DNA from: Anthoceros angustus
Taxonomy: Eukaryota; Plantae; Anthocerotophyta
Assembly (NCBI GenBank): GCA_010909165.1
Contig: MU008193.1
Location: 310,001 to 374,000, forward strand
Length of the DNA stretch: 64,000 nt
Reading direction: 5' to 3'
Shown: positions 1 to 11,799 of the stretch, piece after piece
How the letters are laid out: every line of letters starts with the position of its first letter
Numbering within the stretch: the stretch's first letter is position 1
The notes under the pieces: generated by a model
Seen by the model: only the letters and a program-made list of their open reading frames with translations
The model's database searches: none
Told to the model about the DNA's origin: nothing
Translations under genes and position numbers: made by a program

Positions 1-207
1 TGGCGATGCCTATACTTTGCAGCAGTACATGAGGCGGAGAAGAAAGAGATTGCTTACTCCGTCTTCTCCTCCAAGCATTCAAGGCCTTCCACCATTATCA
101 AGGCATGTTTTCAAGCAAGTCTTGCCTCGGGGAACTTCTTCAAGGACTACACCCAGCCGGCCAAGGCGAGAATGCAGAAGTATGCGGCCACTGCTACTGT
201 CCATGTG

Positions 208-309
208 TGCAACCATTGTGGCGATCCGAGCACATCTCACCGAATTGCAAGTGCCCACCAAGGCCTCTTTGCACTCATTGTCAAAAGAATGGTCATGTGA
301 GCACCGTGC
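208..309 (+). pseudogene. gag: Gag nucleocapsid, two CCHC zinc knuckles
   Basis: CNHCGDP(x)HISPNC at 208-248 and CTHCQKNGHVST(x)C at 270-309 (CX2CX4HX4C; the closing Cys needs a small frameshift correction). Confidence 0.8.
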
Positions 310-1179
310 TTTCAACTTCACCCCGAGAGGAGATACAGTCGGCATCGGTGGAGATGCTACGGTAGCATCAAGACAAAGGAGCAACTCCTGCGGTGGGGAC
401 TCTAAGAGCAAGCAACGGAGGGAGGCGAAGCCAAGGTTGCGACAACGCGACAAGATGACGTCCGGAGGCCACGGTGGCTGCCTTGGCAGCAGTGGCACGC
501 TTACAACCAGCCTCGATAAAGCTGGTGGAGCTAAGCCATGGGCTGCGAGCTGGTTCTGATGAAACGGCGGGGAAGATTATGGACACCCACATGAGGTGTT
601 GACAGCATTAGCCTCGGGACAAGCTAAGGAAGATGTGCCCTACATGGGTTGGGCATGCCATTAATCTTCTTGGCTCGGACATCGTGTTAGCAAATGCGGG
701 GCCCATCACCGAGCGAGGAGCAAGGGCAGCAATGCCTCAATCCTTTATGCCCTTGCCACACAGGCGCCATCCCATTACGGGCGGATACATCTTCACTCCG
801 GTGACAGAGCCAATGCGAGAGATGAGGCGGGCCCTTTAGGGCAATTGTACATGATGCCCCTTTGGTCACACATGAGCACGGCAAAGACGGTTGTTGCAGC
901 ACCATTAATGTCCTTGCGGGACATGGGCATGACGAGGCGTCTCCGGCAATCGCGACCACGAAGTCACGGTTGCTCATGTGCCGGAGATTTGGTAGTCGTC
1001 CGGGGACTTGTTCCTTTCCGGATCACCGTAAATTAAATTTGGAGCACGGTGGATGCTTCCATTGCAAATGACCCGCATGATCGAATTTCCAAGTCGGAGC
1101 ATCCACGCATCCGACCTACCAGCAGTCAGAATGCGAGTGAATGCGTGATGGTAGACAACCGAGAGGGACGGGTCACACA

Positions 1180-1510
1180 ACGGTGCACCTGTGGTGTTCG
1201 GATGCTCGCCCGGTCATTATAAACAGTCTTGGCGGCACGGCTTGGTTTGCAGGAGAAGCACGCCGTCCCATGGAACATCCGCCGCCTCCGTGGAGCCTGT
1301 GTGGCGAGACTTGAACTGTGCACATCACATTGAATCCAGCTCATCGGATGCCATGACCATGTCTGCCGTGCTTGGTGACCACGGCCACGACTGCTTCTAG
1401 GGCGAGTTTCTTTTCCCACCGGCGAGGGAGTGGATAATTGGGAGCAGCCTTCTATCGGCTGGCGGCAGCGAGGAGGGCGGCGTTGCCACATATTCCCTTG
1501 ACTTGCAGCG
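1180..1510 (+). pseudogene. Retroviral-type aspartic protease (degenerate); 3' part repeated at ~2775-3030
   Basis: Degenerate VV(xD)SxARPVIIN...LAARLGLQEK, then VHITLNP..CLVTTATNYD..EFLFP...AFYRP; lies between gag and RT. The D-S/T-G triad is not read cleanly. Confidence 0.6.
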
Positions 1511-4294
1511 GTGTGGCCACAGGCCACGTTAGTGGTGTGCCATGCTAGCAAGGAGCATCCGTGCAATCTTGAAGCTAGTCCAAGATGCTAACCAGCAAGA
1601 TGCACAATCTTGAAGTCGATGACGCCATTCCGGTCCATGGATCTCACAGCTTGCAACATGCCCTTGCACAACCCGATCATCCGAGCGAGCTCACGCGGCA
1701 TGCAAGAGGCAGTGCGGTGATGCACTTGTTGGATTCAGTGTTAACCACCACTCAAGATCGAGTCTTTGGATCACAATGTGATTACATGGGCGCCATCGTC
1801 TGGGACACGGTGGTAGAACTCTTTGGCGGGATCTGTCTGGAGGCTCTCTTGATATGTATCCATCTGATATCGTGTATTGACAATGATGTCACAAAGACGC
1901 CGTATCAGTTCAGCAAAGCATGAGGCGTTTTCCACAAAGAATCGCCTTGGAGGCCTATCACGGTGCTTTCACCGCTCTACCGCAGGATGTCCGTTACATT
2001 CAAGAAGGCCACATTCTGTGCCTTGGGAAATGTGGATATGGTGATTCTTTGGGAATGCTGTTCTCCCAAGCTGGGCATGGAGTGGTCTACAAGATGCCTT
2101 TCGGCTTCGAGGATCTACATCAGTCCTCACATGGGCTCAAGAATACAACCCGCGGTGTGCTTACCTCCTTGAGAATACACCGCAATTTGTGAGCACATGT
2201 GCAACAGACATGGTGGTTCAAGATTATCGGGCCTCCCATCCTGTTAGATGCGGCCGGTGGGCGCTTTGCTCACCGAGGAATTATCGACCAACTTGGTCCC
2301 CGATTCGACAGCTTTCGTGGCACACACAGGACCCGTCCTTGCAGCTTCAATCGGTGCCGGAGGATCATCACCAGCCCGGGCTTGTTACCGCCCGATGGCG
2401 TGCGCCTTGGTTCAAAACCAACACACAGCGGCCTCGGCGAGACTACGCCGTTAGCTTTCCGTTCATTCGCTTACGGTGAGGGGCGAGCCTGGCTTGAACA
2501 CCAACACGCAGCAGCGGGAGGAACCCACCTTTGGGCGAGCGCATTATGGGCTTTCACCCATTCTACTGACTCTACGGTTACACCTCGGTAGCGTGCTAAG
2601 CGAGCCATGGATGTTCACGCACTCACGTGGTTAGTGAGTCTGCTTGGCTTTCGGCTCACGCTCGCTTGGCGGATCATGGTACCAGCCTCGGCGGCATGTG
2701 TCCAGGCCGTTCATCTCCCTTTTCACGGATATGCATACATGCCTTTCGGCGGATGCGTGGAGAAGCACTTCAAATCCCCATGGAACATCCGACCTCCGGG
2801 CCGTGGAGCCCGTGTGTGGCGAGACTTGAGCTGTGCACATCACATTGAATCCGTGCTCATCGGATGCCATGACCATGTCTGCCGTGCTTGGTGACCACGG
2901 CCACAAACTACGACCGCTAGCATGGGAGTTTCTTTTCCCACCGGCGAGGGAGTGGATAATTGACGAGTGTGCCTTCTATCGGCCTCGACCGGCAGCAGGA
3001 GGACTAGCACATATTCCCTTGACTTGCAGCGGTGTAGATCACACGTTAGTGGTGTGCCATGCTAGCAAGGAGCTCCTGCAATGTGAAGCTAGTCCAAGAT
3101 GCTAACCAGCAAGATGCACAATCTTGAAGTCGATGACGCCATTCCCAGCCCCATGGATCTCACAGCAACATGCCCTTGCACAACCCGATCATCCGGGTGC
3201 TCACGCTACTGCTGCAAAGATGTAAGAGACAGAAAGCAGTGATGCACTTGTTGGATTCAGTGTTAACCACCACTCAAGATCGAGGATCACAATGTGATTA
3301 CATGGGCGCCATCGTCTGGGACCGACTGGTAGAACTCTTTGGGATCCAGATCATCGGAGGCTCTCTTGATGATGATCGCCATACAACACGTGTATTGTGA
3401 CAATGATGTCACAAAGACGCCAGATCGCAGAAGTTCAGCCGCAAGGGCGCATGAGCGTTCCACAAAGAATCGCCTTGGAGGCCTATCACGGTGCTTTCAC
3501 CGCCTACCGCAGGATGTCCACATTCAAGAAGGCCACATTCTGTGCCTTGGGAAATGTGGATATGGTGATTGCCGGCCGGAATGCTGTGGGTTCTCCCAAG
3601 CCGGGCATGGACAAGATGCACGCTGTTCGCGGATCTACATCAGTCCTCACATGGGCTCAAGAATACAACCCATGTGTGCTTACCTCCTTGAGAATACACC
3701 GCGCATTGACAAAGAGCACATGTGCAACAGACATGGCTGTGGTTCAAGATTATGCCGGGCCTCCCATCCCGTTAGATGCGCCTGTGGGCTTTGCTCACCG
3801 CTCGAGGAATTATCGACCAACTTGGTCCCCGCCAGACCGGGCTGCGTACACACAGGACCCGTCCTTGCAGCTTCAATCGGTGCCGGAGGATCATCACCAG
3901 CCCGGGCTTGTTACCGCCCGATGGCGTGCGCCTTGGTTCAAAACCAACACACAGCGGCCTCGGCGAGACTACGCCGTTAGCTTTCCGTTCATTCGCTTAC
4001 GGTGAGGGGCGAGCCTGGCTTGAACACCAACACGCAGCGGTGGGAGGAACCCACCTTTGGGCGAGCGCATTATGGGCTTTCGGCCCATTCTACTGACTCT
4101 ACGGTTACACCTCGGTAGCGTGCTAAGCGAGCCATGGATGTTCACGCACTCACGTGGTTAGTGAGTCTGCTTGGCTTTCGGCTCACGCTCGCTTGGCGGA
4201 TCATGGTACCAGCCTCGGCGGCATGTGTCCAGGCCGTTCATCTCCCTTTTCACGGATATGCATACATGCCTTTCGGCGGATGCGTGGAGAAGCA
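1252..4294. repeat. ~1.5 kb tandem duplication (1252-2767 / 2759-4294)
   Basis: Near-identical copies; GGAGAAGCA occurs at 1252, 2759 and 4286, i.e. at both ends and at the junction. Confidence 0.9.
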
Positions 4295-4439
4295 GTCGGT
4301 GGCGTCTACAGTGCTTTGCCTCCGGCCCGGCCGAGAGGCGATTAGATGATCCAGTCCCGCAAAGCCTAAGCTAAATCGAGACTTTCCGTGGCGCATGGGG
4401 ATGGGTAGCGGATGGGCGTAAGACACGCATCCACACTCT

Positions 4440-5325
4440 CCGCTCAAGTATCGGACGCTTTGCCTTTACCATGAAGGACCTCAAGCGATGTGAGTATTTC
4501 GGATCAACTCGAGTGAGCCCATCTACCGGCGCCCGCTAGTTGAGCAAGACGGAGTGGGAGATGGTCGATGCTAGGTGTCGTGAGCTTCTTGAGCGGGGCT
4601 TATCCGGCTATCCGGCGGCGATTATCTGCGGCGCGTCATGCCGCCAAGAAGGATGCGGCCAAGGCGTGGGCGGAACGGATGTGTGGGGACTATCGTCCCA
4701 TCAATGCACACCGCGGGATCGGTACCCAATGCCGACCGAGGAGATATTTGTGACATTGGGCGCCTGCCTTCTTCTCTACTTTGGACCTTCGATGGTTTTA
4801 ACGATTCCGTTGCGTAAGAGGACATCAAGAAGACCGCGTTTCACGGGTCCCCAGCGTGGAATGGCTGGTGATGCCATTCGGTTCAAGAACGCACCGTCAC
4901 TTTTCGGGTGATGGATCCGTTTTGTGGATGTGCCAACTTGTTGTGCTATATCGACGACGTGGTTCACAAGATCGCCTTTGAGGATCACCGCACACTTAGA
5001 GGAGCTGTTCCGAGGCTAAGGAAGGCAGAGCTCACATGTCACCCGTCCAAATGTGAATTTGGAATGAACACGGTGGCATATTTAGGTCACAGTCGTGCCT
5101 AACGGGTGATGCCCCACTCACCAAGGTACAGGCTATCCAGTGAAGGAGCCCACCAACGTGTCGCCTTGCGTGCCTTTCTTGGGTTATGCAACTATTACAG
5201 GTTTACATTAATTTCAGCCGGTGCGAAACCCTTGAATGACATGTTGAGGAAAGACGTGGAATGGGCATGGATGAGTTGGCGCAGCAAGCTTTTGACATGT
5301 TGAAGGAGCAATTGACCAGGTCACC
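4440..5325 (+). pseudogene. pol: Reverse transcriptase
   Basis: RMCGDYRPIN, DRYPMP, FSTLDL, MPFGxKNAP, CYIDDVV (~4945-4963), CHPSKCEFGMNTVAYLGH, LRAFLGLCNYYRF. Confidence 0.93.
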
Positions 5326-5329
5326 TCAT

Positions 5330-5700
5330 GGCTAGGCGATTTTAGCAAGCCATTTGTGTTACACACCGATTGGTATGCGGGACTTGGGCGGTGCTTGCAC
5401 AAGAGGATGAGCGGGCAAGGAGCGCGTGATCGCTTATGCCTCGAGGAGTAATAACCGAGCGGAGGCCAATTACAGCAGCTATGAGGGGGAGTGCCTCGCA
5501 GCTGTTTGGGCCGTTGCCACTTAGCCCATATTTGTATGGTGTTTAAGCTAGTGATCGATCATCGCCATTGAAATGGCGATGACTAACACAAAATTGAGTG
5601 GGAAGTCGGCTCACGGGCCATGATACTTCAAGATTATGACTTCCTTGTGGAGCACAGCCGGAGTGACACACCAAAATGCGACATGCTATCTAGAAATCCG
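5330..5700 (+). pseudogene. pol: RNase H (Ty3-type)
   Basis: [48 protein letters not shown], (T)DH(Q)PLKW, QDYDF, HQNADMLSRNP. Confidence 0.92.
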
Positions 5701-5959
5701 GACCGGCATGCGTGATGTCACCGAGGCTAAGCGGGACCATGAGGAGGAGATTGGTGCGATGTCATCGGCGATTCTGCCCTTGTTGCCATGACCGCCTTGG
5801 ATGATTATGTTTTATTCCTAATGCAAAGGACATTTGGGAAGATGTGAATGCTCTTCAAGATTTGCACTGAAGTGGGCGAACTGGACCCGGTGGAAAAGAA
5901 CAGTGCAGCAGGCGTCGACTATTGGCGTGATGGCTACATGATTCGCAAGCTGGGCAATG

Positions 5960-6990
5960 GTGTCGAGCGCTTGGTGCCACCACCTGGTGATAGGGCTGAC
6001 CTTATACGTCGTGTGCACGACGACATGGGTCACTTTGGTGTGAAGCGGACTTACAGCCTGCTCACACCTCTGGTATTTATTATTGGTATGGGATGCACAA
6101 CCAGGTGCGAGAACAGGTGGCCTGCTGTGAGCCTTGTGACCGAGTCAAGGCCTCCTTTACTATGCAAAGACCCGGTTCTCCACCCTCGCCCATCATGGGC
6201 TTGTTCTTTCGGGTCCTGCGACCTCATTGGAGAATTGACTAGGACGCCGAGAGGCAATGTCTACATACTTGTCATGATGGAGCATTTCTCCAAATGGGTG
6301 GAGGTTGTGGCTCTATCGATAAGTCCTCGAAGCACGTCCTGCATTTTTGCACACGTGCTTAGCCGCTTTAGTAGTGCGAGTGCACAGTGACGGGCTCGAG
6401 TTTAGAGGGAATTTCGTGACCTTTTAGATGTTGCGCTTATCGATCACGTGACTAGCGAGGACCATCCTCGGTGATGGCTGGTGAAAGGATGGTCCGGACC
6501 ATCAAAAGGGGGTGAGAAAGTTATGCTTGCGTGGAAAGGAGGATTGGGACCTCATGCTTCCTACATCGCTATGGGCTACCGCATGAGTAAACATGCAGCC
6601 TTGGCACACTTCTCCTTACTTGCTTTTGGTCGTGAGCCGGTCGAGTACAATAGCTAAGAAGATGCAGGAGGTGGTGCACTTGATGATCTGTCACATGGGC
6701 TCGAGTGATTGGGGAGCGGGCATACTATTTCGGCAGTTATGCCAATGGCTATGGCCAACCTCAACATAGCTCAAGACCGGATTCCTTACGGTATGACATA
6801 CCGGGTCATTCAGCCCAAGTCAAGAAATTCCAGTTGGGATTTCGATACTTGCAAAGGCAAACTGTGGACACCTTGACACGCTAGCGGCAGACATGTGCCG
6901 AGGGTGCGAAGTTAGGCCCAATGGAGTGCTGATTTTGCGGGGCTCGGATGGTAGGACTATTGCGCACCATACCAAGAACTGCGCACGCCA
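5960..6990 (+). pseudogene. pol: Integrase (HHCC Zn finger + DDE core)
   Basis: LVPPPGDRADLIRRVHDDMGHFGVKRTYSLL...CEPCDRVK; GNVYILVMMEHFSKWVEVVAL; DxGSEFRGEF; ERMVRTIK. Confidence 0.92.
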
Positions 6991-7044
6991 CTTACCTAAT
7001 TTGGACCCCTGATGATAACAATACCTGGATTCCACCGCACTACC

Positions 7045-7165
7045 CGTGCGAGGTTTGTGGGAGGATGATGATGAGGAGCTTATGCTTCTCTCGGATGCAA
7101 TGGGGTTTTCATTTGTTTTGCCTTACCCTCAGCGCTCACAACTCGTATTGTGCAAAGTGTGCTGG
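7045..7165 (+). pseudogene. PHD-finger-like module at the integrase C-terminus
   Basis: CEVCGRxDDEELMLLxDGCNGGFHLFCL...YCAKC (C4HC3 pattern, rebuilt across indels). Confidence 0.8.
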
Positions 7166-7387
7166 AAATGCTGTTGAGGATGACTTTGGATTTTACCATG
7201 TGATGTTGGTGGGTGATGGAATTGTGTGGACCTTTTGTTTGCTAGACGACCGCTTTCCATTGTGAATGCGGCCTGCAGGAGTTCTAGGATTCTTGCTGGC
7301 CTCATTCTTGGTTCCATGTGGCATTTGTTTCAGACGTTGCATGCCTTGTTTCTTTCTTTTCTGATTGTTTCTGCCCGTCCATGGGGT

Positions 7388-8142
7388 AGCATAGGTAGAA
7401 TTTTAGCACTTTTCTTTTGTTTGGCCCGACAGCCCTCTTTTCCCTTGCAAGGCCGGGTGAAACCAGAAGAAGTGTGAGCAAGTCGGTTTTCGTTGACGAC
7501 TGATGAAGACGCCTTACGACGGTGGCGTGGCGATGCTAGGAACTAACTCTTAGAAGCTAGGGCTTAGCAAGTAGGTTTTGTTAGCTTAGTTTAATGGGGT
7601 TAGTCGATAATTACTAAAATGCCCTTAAACAGAAAGTCGGAAATAACCACAAAATGGCCAAGCTTGGGCGGTCTCCCTCTCACCACGGCTCGTGGGAGAA
7701 AGCGACATGATCACTCCAATCCAAGAGGATGCCGCACCAAGAGTGTGGTGCCTCATGCTAACGACGCAAGGTGGTTGCAAGGCGGTTCTGGAGCACAAGA
7801 CTGGCGGCGGAAGGCGTTGTCAAGTCCCTAGGAGGAACGCTTGAACACACGCATAATTTTGTTGTTGTCGAATTTCTAGGTCAGAATGCAAAGACTATTG
7901 TGTGTATGCGCGCTCGGCATTGTGGCAATGTGTGTAATGTATGCGATGTTCGCGGGACTTATCACTCTAAGCCGTGTAGGGCAGGCCTAATTTTCTCGAA
8001 TCAAGTGAGCATCGCACATGTGAGTGCTGGTGCATGCAGTATAGGTAGAATTTTAGCACTTTTCTTTTGTTTGGCACAGACGAGGCCCTCTTTTCCCTTG
8101 CAGTTGAAGGCGGGTGAAAACCCGGGAAGAAGTGTGAGCAAG
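7388..8142 (+). repeat. ~100 bp direct repeat (7388-7482 and 8040-8142), possible LTR-related or duplicated segment
   Basis: ATAGGTAGAATTTTAGCACTTTTCTTTTGTTTGGC...AGAAGTGTGAGCAAG present twice downstream of the Gypsy ORF. Confidence 0.6.
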
Positions 8143-8983
8143 CTGCTGGTTTTGTCATTTGTTGACGGTGATGAAGGACATATGAAGAGCATGCTGAATT
8201 ATATAGAACAAGAAAAAAAAATTAGCTCGAACCAACGACTACATCGATGGTGGAGACGGTGAAGACGTGGTAAGGGTGCACGTGACGTGGTAAGAGTGCT
8301 TGCACCTACTAAAACCCTACTACAAAGTCTAGAGAGACCAGGAGAACTTACCATGGCTTGTTACAACGAGGGCACTTGGCAGCGCAAACGGTGGGAGGAC
8401 AGATTGAAGCCACATAAGCCCTCTTCTGGAGATGGTGGGGTTTAGGGTGAGGGTGCAAGCCTCTTAGCAGATACACGTTGTGAACCATTTTAAGTTGCAA
8501 GTGTAGGCATGCCTTTCTTTCCATTGGTCTTGTTAATCACAATCAAAACAAAGTCTGCGCAATATAAAGTTCGGAATTTGAAATGGGTCATTGGGCAAAA
8601 GCGATCGCTTTCCCATCATCATATCAAAAAAAGCATGTCGAGAAAACCATATGCGTTATTGCGGGTTTTGAAGAAATTGACATCCACTTTTCGACGGACC
8701 GAAAAAAGACGTGGTAAGGGTGCACGTGACGTGGTAAGAGTGCTTGCACCTACTAAAACCCTACTACAAAGTCTAGAGACCAGGGAGAACTTACCATGGC
8801 TTGTTACAACGAGGGCACTTGGCAACAAACGGTGGGAGAGGCATTGAAGCCACATAAGCCCCTCCGGAGATGGTGGGGTTTAGGGTGAGGGTGCAAGCCT
8901 CTTAGCAGATACACGTTGTGAACCATTTTAAGTTGCAAGTGTAGGCATGCCTTTCTTTCCATTGGTCTTGTTAATCACAATCA

Positions 8984-9020
8984 AAACAAAGTCTGCGCAA
9001 TATCGGCGATTCCGTTGAAA
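8984..9020 (+). repeat. Left TIR of family B
   Basis: Matches the reverse complement of 59346-59381 with few mismatches. Confidence 0.8.
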
Positions 9021-9910
9021 TGGGTCAAGCAAAAGCGAACTTTCCCATCATCATATCCAAAAAAGCATGTCCCGAGAAAACCATATGCGTTATTGCGGGT
9101 TTTGAAGAAATTCGCATCCACTTTTCGAAGGACCGAAAAAGAACGTGGCCAAAAATTATAAATCTTTGAATTCATTCCTCAAAACTTGGAAAAAGTGGGG
9201 ACGGGCCCCTGGTGGATGCGTTTGAACTTTGTCGACAGCCGGTCTTATCATGTGTTGTCCTAAAAAATAAAGTCCATCGAATAGAGACCACGGTTTTGGT
9301 GATTTGCAACATAATCGCAAATTTTACATTGAGCGTCATTTTGTGTGCCCATACTCGCACTTGGTTAAGCCGTTTATGTCCATGGCGGAACACACAAAAC
9401 ATGATACTGATTACGAAGGGTTTCTCATCAAAAGGGTTTTGGAAAAATCCCAACCCTATTCCGCCGAAACCGTTGGTTGCTTTTTGTTGAGTTTTGTAGG
9501 TGTTCATCCATCGGATTCGGCATTCTCGGCTCGGGACCACTTCCTGTCATTTACACCGCGGTGGCGCCTTGCACTCGTGTGCATGGATACTGTCGGTGTG
9601 ATGAAGGGCCGTGTTCTTCCATAATTTCGGCATGTCGATGGTTTACGCAATTTGTGTGGTTCTATATGTTTTGTATACCAAGTGGGGCTAGGCGCGCGTA
9701 AGTGCGCGCTAAACAAGGGTATCGCAAACTTGTGCGCGCAAGGCAAAAGCAGTCGAAATACATCATTCGGTGAGGAAATATGTCTTCTTGGAGGTGCATG
9801 GATGTGGCGGAAGCCGACGACATAAGTTGCAAATCGGCGGACGTCCACATAGACATGCCTCATCTATCTACCCTATGCCCTAAAGCTACGAAGAATACCC
9901 TATCACCTTT

Positions 9911-10590
9911 CTATCCTCTACGGTGTTTCCGTCTCCTTCGACGGTGACCTTGTGCCGGATCATCATCAAACATGCCTTCAAAAGCACAAGTAGCCGTCCC
10001 GGTTCCGTTGCCTCTGCCGCGGGTTCTTGTCGCGATTGGTGCTGAACTGGAAGTCAGATGTCTCTCATCACCAGCACGCGCTTGTCGAACTACACCACCC
10101 TTATTTCCGGGATTTTCGTCCAAATCATCATTTTCCTCCAATGCATCTCCCTCTGGAGCTTGGTGGTCTGTTAGTTATCTTCAACCCTGTTACCTTCTTC
10201 CACGGCTGGTAGATGTTGAAGTTCGAATAGCTTTGTCTTGATAAGCTCCACGTGTACGGACTTGTAGAGTGCTATCCCTTGCAAACGAGAACCCGTATGC
10301 CAAAATAAATGTCTCCGATATCAACAGTCGATCCAGGTGCTTGGGTCGCTTCCTCCGTTGTCGCAAACCCTCTCTATCACTGTTGTGTGGAGCCAATATC
10401 TCCTCTGGTAGGTACCTTCCCTCAAACGCATTGCTATTCTCGTCACCCACCTGGACAACTAGGTAAGGTTCGTCACATAAGAAATCCAAGTCTTCCACGC
10501 AATCCAAAGGCCTGCTCGATCGTCTCACATGGGCAATCATATGGCCTCGTCGATCTCGGACACATCCCCATCGAATCTCGCCAACTCGAT
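9911..10590 (-). pseudogene. Duplicated 3' end of transposase A
   Basis: ...EPYLVV..ISETFILAYGFSFARDSTL...; part of the 8706-10593 duplication. Confidence 0.75.
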
Positions 10591-11799
10591 GGTGGACGGT
10601 GAAGACGTGGTAAGGGTGCACGTGGTAAGAGTGCTTGCACCTACTAAAACCCTACTACAAAGTCTAGAGAGACCGTGGAGAACTTACCATGGCTTGTTAC
10701 AACGAGGGCACTTGGCAACAAACGGTGGGAGATGATTGAAGCCACATAAGCCTCTTCCGGAGATGGTGGGGTTTAGGGTGAGGGTGCAAGCCTCTTAGCG
10801 TATACACATCGCCAGAACCATTTTAAGTTGCAAGTGTAGGCATGCCTTTCTTCCATTGGTCTTGTTAATCACAATCAAAACAAAGTCATAATATCGGCGA
10901 TTCCGTTGAAATATGGGCAAAAGGCGAACTTTCCCATCATCATATCCAAAAAAAAGCATGTCCCGAGAAAACCATATGCGTTATTATGGGTTTTGAAGAA
11001 ATTCGCATCCACTTTTCGATGTGGACCAAAAAAGAACGTGGCCAAAAATTATCGTCTTTGAATTCATTCCTCCAAAACTTGGAAAAAGTGTGGGACCGAA
11101 TCGGTGGATGCGTTTGAACTTTGTCGACAGCCGGTCTTATCATGTGTTGTCCTAAAAAATAAGGTCCATCGAATAGAGACACGGTTTTGACGGCAACATA
11201 ATCGCAAATTTTCGTGAACTGCCATTTTGTGTGCCCATACTCGCACTTGGTTAAGCGCTTATGTCCATGGCGGAACACACAAAAAATGTCATTCTGCTCA
11301 AAGGGTTTCTCCGCCAAAAGGGTTTTGGAAAAATCCCAACCCTATTCCAAAAACCGGTTGGGCTCGTTTTGTTGTTGAGTTTTGTAGGTGTTCATCCATC
11401 GGATTCGGCATTCTCGGCCCGGACCACTTCGTCCGTCATTTACATCATGGCGCCATGCACTCGTGTGCATGGATACTTTGTCGGTGTGATGAAGGGCCGT
11501 GACCGTATTCTTCCATAATTTCGCATGTCGAGTTTCGCAATTTGTGTGGTTCTATATGTTTTGTATACCAAGTGGGGCTAGGCGTAAGTGCGCGCTAAAC
11601 AAGGGTATCGCAAACTTCAGCGCGACAAGGCAAAACGAAATACATCATTCGATCGAGGAAATATGTCTTCTTGGAGGTCCGTGGATGTGGCGGAAGCCTG
11701 CATTTACATAAGAAGTTGCACAAATCGCGGACGCCCACATAGACATGCCTCATCTATCTACCCTATGCCCTAAAGCTACGAAGAATACCCTATCACCTT

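Larger units (their letters stand above)
1..7200 (+). mobile_element. Ty3/Gypsy LTR retrotransposon internal coding region (gag-PR-RT-RH-INT-PHD), frameshifted
   Basis: Domain order PR-RT-RH-INT is Gypsy-type; motifs recognisable across frameshifts (see sub-features). LTRs not identified with confidence. Confidence 0.93.

Noticed and set aside
7388-8142. Confident 3' LTR of the Gypsy element
   Set aside because: No clear polypurine tract or TG...CA boundaries, and no partner LTR in the window.
8438-8455. TTTAGGG telomere-like motif
   Set aside because: A single unit, repeated only because of the local duplications.
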